Assembly: GCA_964035545.1 (NCBI GenBank)
Contig: OZ037772.1
Coordinates: forward strand, 10,476,818-10,540,817
Length of the DNA stretch: 64,000 bases
From: Bugula neritina
Taxonomy: Eukaryota > Animalia > Bryozoa
Reading direction: 5' to 3'
The notes under the pieces are model-generated. The model saw nothing but the letters and a program-made list of their open reading frames with translations, was not told where the DNA came from and did no database searches. Shown in pieces: positions 52,870 through 64,000 of the stretch (positions are counted from its first letter, which is position 1; each line of letters begins with the position of its first letter). Made by a program: the position numbers and the translations under genes.

Positions 52870-55800
52870 ATGAGCAAGAGAAGACAGATAAAAATGTCTC
52901 AAGTTTCAGGTAAAACTCTCTCATTTTTTGCTTTCTAAATTCTCGACAATTTTGTTTCAAGTCTAAATTTAGATTTAAGTTGATTTTTTTAAATTTAGGA
53001 TTTCTTTAAGTTTTGAGTATGCAGCAGCAATGCAGATATTTCGAAAAAACATTTGCTTGCGATTATTAAAAAGGGTTTTGACTTATTCAATTTATAACTT
53101 GTACAACTATTGCGCATACCACCTCTAAAAATAGTTTATAACATTGAGAGTTTTAAAAAATGTTATTTAATCATTATAATCATTGTTTGACTTGCATTTT
53201 ATGCCAATGTTACTATTTAAAAAAGCTTTGAAAATGTATTTTTTACAAATAAAATTGTATCAGTTATCTCACCTATATTTTTTTTACGTTAATATTTCAT
53301 TTATATGCAACTAGGTCACAAATAAAGCTACGTTTTTTGTTAGGTGGAAGTAATTTTTGCAAAAGTTTATTGCTTTATAAAAACATAATTTTGTGTACAA
53401 CTGAAAAGGTTTACGAAGCTATGCTTTTACCGTAAAAAAGCCAAGGTAAATTTCAATTAAGTTATTTCTATTCAGTGTTATATTTTAGCTCGTTACCGTT
53501 GCAAGGCTTGTGGCTTCCAGACAAATGATTTTATCACTTACATCGATCATAAAAATGGCAAACCAAAGAAAAGTTCATTTTTCACATGTGGTAAGTTAAA
53601 TCGACCTTTTTGCACTGCCTCTGGTACCCCATTTACAATTAGGTGTTGTGTCCTCTTAGTTAAATCATAGTTAAATCATAATATGAAGTGCAAACCCATT
53701 AAAAATTAAAAGTTTTAAGTTCTACATAAAACCCCAAACAAGTTATAGAATTTTTCTTTTATATGAAATATATATTTTGGTATAAGCACACATATTAGTA
53801 ACTTAAATAGTTTATTTATTAGGCAAAAGATGCCTGCTTCAGCATCAGAAAGCTGTTCTTATAAAAGATAATTTCCAATAAAATAATAATTTACCATAAC
53901 TATTTGGAGTCACCATCTATTAACTTTAATTCAAAGTATCAATTGAGTGTTATTTAGTGTTGCAATAGTTGTGGTAATTCAGATAATAGATGATTAGATA
54001 TCTATTTGAACCAATAATTTCTAATCTTTTATGTGTTCTAATTTTTTTGTTTCAAATAATCTTTTGTTACAATACAGGATTGTGTGACTTTACAACTCTA
54101 AATGCTGAGGGCATGCTATCTCATATCCAAGGTCATCTTCAAACATTTCAAAATCCTAAACCAATGAATGCTTGTTCAGACAATTCCTATCAACTGAGTT
54201 CTAAAACTTCCAACCATCTGTTTTCTGACACCTGCAACCACCTGCTCTCTGACACCTCCAACCACCTGCTTTTTGACAGCCAACCATCTACTGATGTTTC
54301 TGAAATAAATCAAAGTATTGAGAGTAAAGTGAACAGAATTCTTGATTTAGTCGCAAACACATCCTTGCCAAATATTAAAGAAAACCATTCAGACCTTACA
54401 TCTGATAAGCAAAACAACTCAACTAAAGATCACTTGATCACCTTTACAAGTACCAACAGCTCATTGCCAATAAAATCCTCCTGCCATAAAAATTCTGATT
54501 TGAAAATTACTCCCGAATGCTATCAAGAGACTGATTCCCGCCAGTTTGACTTTTCTAACATCAATGTACATCATGAGCCAGATAATTCACAGTCACTCAA
54601 TCGTTCTGATCATCAAAAGGAAGATAGTTCTTTTACATTCGATAATGATCAATTTTCAAGCAGCTCAGAATTACGAGCAAGTTTTCTTCAATCAATAAGT
54701 GCTGCAATTGAGAAAACTCGCAGTTTGAAAGTAGACTTGCTTGATGTTGAGCAAGAAGAGCACAGAAAAGGCGAAAGTTTACTTGAAGCTATTGTCAAAA
54801 AAGAAGCTGATGAGTCAAATGGAAGTGACTTGATGAGTTACTTACAGCTAAGGAGGGTTGATTCAGCCATGCCAATTACTCAACTTACAAACATACCTGT
54901 GAAACTAGAGAACAGTGTTGAGATGGAGTGCAACTTAAAAGAACAAAGCATAATGACATCATGTGAAACAGCACCTTCAGTAGACTTAGAAAAACAGTTT
55001 TATTACAAACCATCAAAGCCAGTCTTTGTTAGATTTGTTTCAAAGGCTGTTATTATGTGTACTGATGCAGATGTTAGAGCCATTGAACCTCTCTGTAACT
55101 ACAACATGTCTATTAACAATTCACATTATCAAAGTAATGTTTCTAGAATTGAAGAAAGTTCTACTGATCTCTTAAAACCATTGTCCAGTGATGCAGAAAG
55201 CAGATTAAACCTACCTCATCGAAATGTGTTAGCAGCAGTAGAAGATAATTCAGGACAATCTACAGTTCTGGTGAAAAGCCTTTGGAAACGGAAAGTTCAA
55301 GATTCAGATTCGTTGGATGATATTGCCAATTTTGAGCAGGAAAATTACTATGATTTAGTTATACCAACAAAACAACCCACTATTGGTGATGTAGAAAATC
55401 AGTTAGAAAAGAGTTCCGATTCTTACACTGCAGAATCTAATACAGTATTCCAGCGCACATCTAAACACTGCGACAAACTTGGTGATCAGCTCCCCAAAAT
55501 TCCTGATCAAATTCAAACGACTTATTCTACTCATTTTGATAAAACATCCAACCCGACAAATATGCCTAAGCCAGTTCCAGAGTTGGAAGCTAATTGGGCA
55601 AAATGTGGTGAAGAGATTCCAATCAAAGAATGTCGGGTTGTCTTAACAAAGTGCAGCATTTCTAGAAGACCGCCAATTCTGTCTTCATGTTTGGCCAAGA
55701 AGCTTCGACTGTCTCTGGAAAACTATTCAGATGACGACCATTTTGAATCTGGAAGTGAAGACTTAGACAGCTTAGCTTCGGAATTTGATGAGTCAAAATT

Positions 55801-55885
55801 GAACTCAGTTTTGACAAAAGTACAGCATGACCGACACATAAGGGCTTCTAAAACACACGCTTTGCTAGCCCTTCAATTTACTTGA
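52870..55885 (+). CDS. C2H2-type zinc-finger protein B (~649 aa), paralog of gene A
   Basis: Exons 52870-52909, 53489-53590, 54078-55885 (1950 nt, in frame; may extend 5' to ATG 48780). YRCKACGFQTNDFITYIDH and intron-split FTCG|LCDFTTLNAEGMLSHIQGH, then a long disordered region. Confidence 0.82.
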
Positions 55886-58212
55886 ATTTTTGAAGTCACT
55901 TCTTTCTCTTGTAACTTCAAAGTCAATAGGCTTAAAACCATAATGATAACCAGTCTATTAACAAAAAACAAACACTTCATTTTATTTTAAAAACAATTCC
56001 TAATAATTATTGAAGCTGGTTTTAAATTTTTAAGGACGTATAAAAACATTCAAACTGACATTTATATAACAAGAAAAAAATATATCTTTTAATTATTGGC
56101 TAAAAAAGTTAGTGGAAGTGCCAAGTATAACAGTGAAAAAAAGTTTTTGCAATGCAAGTAATCTTTGTTTTTTGAAAAATATTATAGCTCATCAAAGAGT
56201 AGGCACTAACTGTTATTCGAAAACTACAAAAGTTGTTTACTGTAACACGTACCTCTGATGGGATCATCTTCTACTATATATATCCCTGTCATTGATATTA
56301 TTTTATTTTTGTTCTTTACTCAGTGACATAATCTGCAAGCATTTGGAAAGAGCATAATCTTGCTTTTTGTTTCAAGCTCTTATACATTTTTCAGTTATAT
56401 GATTTTAGTTTTCTGGAGTCAGTTTCTTCTACACAGATCGTGGCCAGTAATTTTTTTAGTCTTAAGTGAGCATATTTTGGCTCTGTGGATCTACATTTAT
56501 AACGTATGTTATAGCAGTAATTCTGTTTATTTTTGTGATATGTATCTTTCATTATTGTGAAAATTGTTTAATCAAAAAATATTGGCCATTATATTTCAAT
56601 CATTTGTTTAAAATCAATATGTAAATATATTGACATAACATGCATACATGCAGCACTATATAGGTCAACAATATGTACTCTATTATAATATCTTAAAATA
56701 GTAATTTTAAATAGTTTATATCATATTCATGGTTATATGAGCATTTTTTTTGTAGATGCTCTTTTTATGCACGGCCAGTACAATTTCATGCTATAATGTT
56801 TGTGATACTCTAACAAAGACTCAATTACTTTCATCAATTTGATAAATAACTCTGCATGCGGTAATTCTGTTATATTATTTTGTGCTTTATCATATTTTTA
56901 TTGTTTGAAATAAACTCTAATTAGTTATATTCTGTCAACATTATTTGTTCATATAAAATCCCATCACATTATAATCAAACTCAAAATTTCTAATACGGTG
57001 CATCAATTTCTTTGCATCAAATAATAATAATATAATACTAATAATAGTTAACGATTAACTATTAATAACAATGAATCAATAATTATTTGCTAAAATATAT
57101 ATACATTGTATGATACTTCTAAACCATAATACAGTTCTTCAGCTTAAGGTTTATAGTTTATATATATTATTGTGTTTACCATAATATATGTTTTGCATAT
57201 ATACCAGTAGCTGCTGATAAAGCTGGTTAAGCTTAAACTTTAAAACTGAAAAAATTCGCACATAAACACACACAGATTTATAATTAAAAGTTATAAAGCT
57301 ATAAAGTGTATATAAGTCACCTTAAATCTATTTTACACTATAAGGTGTCATATATAGCAGACATGCTTGAAATTCTATAGTCAAAAATAGTTCCTGTATG
57401 TTTATTTTATACTATAGCAACTTATTATAATTGCACTCATGAAATACCTCCGTGTTTGATGATTAAAAATTATCATTCCATAATTGCTGCCTAATGAGAT
57501 CAATAGAAAGTAAATATAAGCTCATTCAAAGGCAGCACGAAGTTTGATCTGTACACAGCTGTGTTTAAGTGCATGTCTATATAGTGAAAAATATAATGAA
57601 TGACGTTAAGTCAGCTGGAAAATGTTTAATTGCTGATAATGGTTGCAAAAGAGATGATCAAGATAAAAAAGTTAGGTTTTTAACATTTTTGACCATCATA
57701 CAAATATTGTACATTCCAGCACAGCTAAAAAACATCTTGAGTTAATACTATAGTTAGTGTTGATTTCATTATATAGTATAAATAGTCACTGTTCAGTTTT
57801 TCTGGTAATATTATTATACCTAATTAAATGCTTTTGTAAAATTAGACAAATATTTTGCTTTTGTGAGTCTTTTGAATCAAAGAGCTAGTCTAAATAGAAA
57901 TACTAGTTAAGTGTACAGCATATATACTATAGCACTTGGTTTACGTTGACAATATACTGATGTTTGCTTAAACACAAAAGCGTACTTCTGCTATGAAAAG
58001 AAACTGCATGAAATTTAGTATTCAAAGCTATTAAGACTACACAAAGAGCTTATATTGTATAAAGAGTGAAAACCAAGAAGGAAGTTCCTATACATTATAG
58101 CATTATTATTTTATAGTAGTTCAGCTCACAAAGCACCTGCTTTATTAGGTTACATGGGTTATGTGATTGACAAGTCACATGAATTATAACAAAATAAGTT
58201 GGAAAGTCTACA

Positions 58213-61200
58213 ATGACCATGTCTATCAACTTCAAATTTTGGATACTTCTTATACTGGTGATTATAAAGAAATATGGAGGTCAGTGATATATTATATTTA
58301 AATAATAAAACCAGTTCAAAAATTTCATTTGTTGTATAACTGTATATATATATTCATAAAACACTTTAGATTGGGCTACAATAATATCTTTATTGCTGCT
58401 GTTTTAGCTATGTATATAGGTGATTTATTATAAAGCTAATTGGTTGGTCTGAAAGCTATGAATCATAAATATCAGCTATATAAATATTTTTACTAGTATC
58501 TAACTTAAAATTATTCAACAAAATGGAACCGAGTTTCATGCACTGATGAAACAGTGGGATTAAAACACAAAGCAAACAGGCTTTATTGTTTTGTACTACT
58601 TTTTATTTTTTTTAGATTGTCAGAGTGTGACTGAGTTCCGCACCAACACAGTACAGACCATAGGTTACAGAGTTGGAAGTTCTATCAACATAACCAGTCC
58701 AGACTACCCCAGTTCTACTTACAGTATATCACATGACTGTGAGATAAATATAGACACAGGAAGTACTGAGAGAGTTGGGTTTAGAATTGTTCAGAAAAAT
58801 CTTGGAGATAAGTCATCTAAATGTCAGATTGATTACATCATAGTAGACTCTAGTGGTGGTCTTATTCCTAGCAAACATATCTGTAGTCTGGATAATAATG
58901 ATGATGCGGTTCTTATTGGACACCATTCATATAGTCAGACAAGATTTAAACTCAAGTTACCTGCTGGTTCAACACTGGGATTTACCTTGACCTTTACAGG
59001 TAATGATGATATGTTATCTCAATGCCAACATTTATACTTAGTTTCTTATATATAGTATTAGAAATTACTATTCAAAAGTGTATTATAGCTGGTTATAGGT
59101 AGTACTTGTTTATGTTTGATAAGTATTTAGAATCTGATTATAGTTTTTATAATCCTATCAACATGAAATTAGATCTGCAGTGCAGTATATAATGGTATGT
59201 ATACAAGTTATTAAGAGAAGATTAAATTTAAGTTATTAAAGGTACATGTGGTTTAATAGCTCTGTCCATATACAGCACATATATAATATAAAGGATGAGC
59301 TATAACTGACCCATTAAGTGGTACCTGATTTTATACTTATTTTATTATACATATATAAACAGAAATGAAGTAATACAACACAATGCCATATATGTTTAAA
59401 AGTAATTTAACGTGCACTCAATATTGTAAAATCTGTGCAAAGAAAGTATTGATGTTTTGGTTTTTGCATTTTTCTATTAGATTTCAGCTATGAAGGTCTT
59501 TTGAAAACATTTGCTCGCATTTACTAAAAAAGGATACATGTCTTTCGGAGATTTATTCTCTCATGCAGATGGCTATACTGTAAACAAAGCATGACTCTGA
59601 AACATGACAAATCTTTATGCAGTTTTTTATAGCAGGCAGATTTTCTCTCTGATCATTGTAGATTATATTTTATGCTTTAAAATCTTTTAAACCTCTATCT
59701 CTTACAGCTCTGCCACTCTACTCTATGACATCATCAACTCAAACTGTATCAGTAGTCGAGTCACCAAGTGGTTACATCATGAGTCATGAAAGGTTTAATA
59801 TACAGTATGCTAATCTCTATGGTAACAATCAAGATAATATACTTAACCTGACAGATATCAGAGGAGTTACAGGAATACATTTAGAGTTTATACTCATGAG
59901 CATCGGATTTTCATCAAAATGTGGATCTTCTGGTGATGAATTTAGATTGAGCTCAAAGCCAACTGATAACCTCTATGCATGTCGAGACATCAATAAAGCA
60001 CCTCCTTCTCAATACTTGCAAATCAACACAGCTATCTCTTCTCTTCTATTCAGTTTCACCACAGACTCTGTCGACAGATATCCTGGCTTCTTACTAAAAT
60101 ATACAAGTATGTATATACAGCAATTAATGTATGATTGCAAACCATGTTATTTATAATAATGCAAGATTAGAGTTATAATCTCGATCTTGATATTTTTTTT
60201 AGCTTATACCAATGCTGGAATCTCTAGTAGGCCTACTACAACTAGTACAACATTGAGTACCACAACAAAAACCACCAGCAGCACTGCTGCCAGCACTACT
60301 ACTAGCAGTAGTGTTGGCACTATAAGTGCTAGTAGTAGTACTAGCAGTACTGCTAGTACCAACATAACTAGCATTACTATTACAAATCCAATTCATTCAA
60401 CAACTACATCCACAACAATGACCTCTAAAGAGCAAATAGCAGGTGAGTTATATAAGCAGTATTTTACAGACAAACATAACATTAAAATATAGTGTGACTC
60501 TAAGTATAATGTGGTCTTAAATATTTAATTCACAAAAATTTATCATAATATTATACTTGGCATGACTTTTCCTATTTATATTTCCATACCAGTTTAAGCT
60601 ATATGTAAGTTATTACAGATGCTTGAAACAGTCTGGTACATATTATAGAAATCAGAGGTAAATAAACAATCCAATCAAAATTTTTCATGTTTTTCATACA
60701 ACTTTTAATGCAATGAAGAAAACAAAGGTATGATTTTAATTACTATAATTACCAAAATGTTAAATGCATTAATAACTTAACCGTGCATAAGAAAGGCTCA
60801 AAGTTACATGCTATAAGGTGATTTGTAAAATTATTTTAAATAGTTTGTTTTATTTTTTTAAAAAAAATCTAGCATATCAGTTTTAAACAAAAATATAATA
60901 TTATGCTAATCTGTCTGCAAATACATTGCTGATCAACTATTTATACATTTTTATGCTAATTATACACTATTATAGGTAAATAAACAATCAAATCAAAATT
61001 TGTCATGTTTTTCATACAATTTTTAATGCAATTAGGAAAACGAAACTATGATTTTATAATTACTATAATTAACAAGATGTCAAGTGCATAAGAAAGACTC
61101 AAAATTATATGCTATAAAGCGCTTTAAAATTGTTTAATAGTTTGTTTTATTTTGTTGAGCAAAATCTAGTATATCAGTTTTAAGTAAAAATATCATATTA

Positions 61201-62796
61201 TGCTAATTTGCCTGTAAATAAATTGCTGATCAACTATTGATACATGCTAATGCTAATACACTGTTCATGTTACAGGATGTTATAAAATAAATACCAATGT
61301 AATAGTTGGAATAATTGTGGCTGTGATCTGTTGTATTGTCATAATCAACATAGCTGTGTGTCTACTATGGAGAAGGTAAGAGTAACTATAATATACTAGA
61401 ATATACTTAAGTGTAGTATAGTATACTTATAGTTCTGTTTTGCATATACGTTGTTTGAAAAAAGAAATGTGTGCCCATATATCACAATACGTATTGCCAA
61501 AGTTGTATTTTATCTACAAGATTGAAGCATTACACAAACAGTAGCACTGAACCGACATTTTGCAAAACAAAGCTGGATTTTTCGTTATACTTAAAGAATA
61601 TTCAAAAAATCAAATTATGTTTTTGTATATTCTAAATACATTTATTTAGACTTCAAAATTTCCAAACATGCTGTAATGAATAGCCTAATTAGACATTGAG
61701 TTTTCAACAGCTATCCCAAATGTGCTATAGGCACGGCTATATATATATAATTATATCTATTCTCTTATTTTGCACATGGCTTATAATATGCTATATTATT
61801 CCAACATAACGTGGTGAAAGCTATAATTTCATACTTTTTGAATTAAACATCTAAATATGATGGATAACCTTTCACATGAATCAAAATATAAATTCAACAT
61901 TTCCATTACAGAAGATTCATGGCTAAACATGGAACTGAAAGTCAAACATTGAATACAGACACCAATACATTTGATAAACATTATGAACAGCTGAATCAAC
62001 TGAATAATGGTAATATAATATTTAGTCACAGTTTCAACATTTCAATAACATTAGCATAGTGTAATATAATCACATTATAACTTTTAGCAGTGGGAGACAA
62101 TCACCGATATTCTGTTGTCAAACTCAAAGAAAACTCAGCCAGTTTCACCACAACACAGGAAGATACAAGAGTAGATAAATTTAGTAGTAACTATATGAAC
62201 ATAGAGTCTATGGAGAATACACAAGGGTAAAGTAACTTTCAATAACATTGACTAAATTTTAATTAATATTCAAGTATTTAGTTACAGCATATAATAATAG
62301 GTAATAGCTCAGCATAATAGTACTTGTTATTGTATATACAATATGTGAATTTTAACTTTTGTTAGATCACCAAATTTAAATTCATAAGAAACTATAAATA
62401 TTCTGCATAAATTGAATTATTTCTACAGGAGGAATGCCTGTCAGTCTGGTCAACCCAACAAAGTGTATGAAAACATGAAAGAAGCTGATTTAGTAGATGG
62501 AGGCAGTAATTATGTTGGTAAGTTAGATGTTAGTTGAAAGTCCACCATTTTATTCCCAGTTATTCTAAATGAGAGTGGAGAAACGTTTAGATCATTAGCA
62601 ATATTATTTTTTCAATTGAAATGGTGGTTAGTTATGTGGATGCAAAATACTGTGCATATATAATACGATTTAACTATATATATGTCTCCTGGAATACAGC
62701 TTTAGTCATCTTTTTATACATTCTGTAGGTATGACAACTCCTGGTACAGAGCCTGCTCACGTATACTCCTCATTGAGAGATGCACGTCTAGATTAA
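58213..62796 (+). CDS. Type I membrane receptor: signal peptide, 2 CUB-like domains, Thr/Ser stalk, TM, Tyr-motif tail; ~527 aa
   Basis: Exons 58213-58279, 58616-58999, 59708-60106, 60203-60442, 61276-61375, 61912-62009, 62088-62226, 62429-62517, 62729-62796 (1584 nt, in frame). CUB hallmarks ITSPDYPSSTY..C, CQIDYI, SGYIMSH, FSFTTDSVDRYPGFLLKY on phase 1-1 exons; TM VIVGIIVAVICCIVIINIAVCLLWRR. Confidence 0.88.
60656..61262 (+). repeat. ~300-bp intronic tandem duplication, 2 copies
   Basis: AGGTAAATAAACAATC(C/A)AATCAAAATTT... at 60656 and 60974, collinear through TTGCTGATCAACTATT. Confidence 0.92.
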
Positions 62797-64000
62797 CACT
62801 CTATGGTCTATTTGTCAGGTCTATATATATATCTTTGACTTCCTAGATAACCTGTAATATAACTCATAATCATATTCATAACAAAATGATGAACTTTAAA
62901 ACAAATTGATGTTTTTTTATAAAATTATGTTTATATACTATATTTATTTATATCATTTAAAATTCAGTTTATGTGTTTTACTGCTTTCTTTTTAAACTAA
63001 TACGTTTTTCTATACGTGCTATGTTGATAGAAAGCGCTAATAGCTATAAATAGCAAGTTAACCAATTATTTTGATAAGTATTATATATAAGCTGGTGTTA
63101 ATTGGCATGTATTTTCAATGTCTCCCATTATATTAAATAAACAGTTATATATTTATATTACGTTTGTAGCTCAGCAGTATTTTGTCTTTTAATTAACTAT
63201 GGATAATGAAAGCTTGTAAAGCTGTAGAAATTACACAAAGGGCTTATAATATATGCAGAATAGACATCAAGGAGGAAGTTGAATTTACACAATAGCATAA
63301 TATAGCTAAGGAATGTTTTATATATTTTTTGCAAAAGTAGGTTTAGAAACTACAAAGAAAAGTATGATTGTTGGCTCAAGGTGTATGATAATATACTGTA
63401 ATATAAAACTAATATTTATATAGAAACTGTTTTTGGTCATGTTTTTACCCACATCAAAATCTACATGCAAAATACTTCACGGCCTATATGCCAGTAATAA
63501 TAACACTATATATTATGCTAATAATAGTACTGTGTGCTACTAACAATAGCATTGTGCTAATAGTTGGTAACTTCATGTACAATCCATAATTGAATTTTAT
63601 TAATTGAGTTTGGTAAAAAATTAAATTATTTCTATAAAAAAAAATTATACGAAATTATTTAATGAACATTTATTTTACAATTTCATTGTCCATTAACATA
63701 TGCAATTGCAACTTATGGAAAAAGTTGAAATTTTGAATTCCTCCTTTTGATTTTTATCCACTTTATGATATACTTGAAATAAAAAATATGAAATACCCCA
63801 ACTTATTTGCAACATAATAAAAAAAGCTTCAAGATACCACAACTCCGTACAATTATTCTTTTAAATAACTTATATAAGTTAACAATTACACCCCAAGCAT
63901 GTTTTTCTGTTTGTATTGAGAACATAGATTTTGCCTGCAAAAAATCATTTGGACTAAAAAAGCATTTCCTGTCATTATGATTCTGTTTTCGTTATGGTCT

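Overview
AT-rich, intron-containing eukaryotic DNA, most likely from an invertebrate animal; the species cannot be determined from sequence alone. Manual splicing (GT-AG, phase-consistent) gives eight gene models. (1) A 5'-truncated kinesin-3 of the KIF14 type (25 exons, 28-16140, +). (2, 3) Two tandem minus-strand genes for single-pass proteins with almost no ectodomain and long tails rich in SH2-type tyrosine motifs, the architecture of transmembrane adaptors (LAT/PAG/TRIM/SIT class). (4, 5) A ~4.3 kb tandem duplication with two ZAR1/RTP/ZCCHC24-like zinc-binding genes that lack the third CxxC; each has a perfect NF-kB site upstream. (6, 7) Two paralogous C2H2 zinc-finger genes. (8) A CUB-CUB-mucin-TM receptor with six cytoplasmic tyrosine motifs. 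Also present: two hAT MITEs with 8-bp TSDs, tRNA-derived SINEs, a 1.76 kb minisatellite, and a tandem repeat that multiplies a KIF14 splice donor. The best candidate for an undescribed system is a possible invertebrate immune-signalling cluster (adaptors, tyrosine-motif receptor, kB-associated 3CxxC genes). This is inference and has not been checked against databases or expression data.
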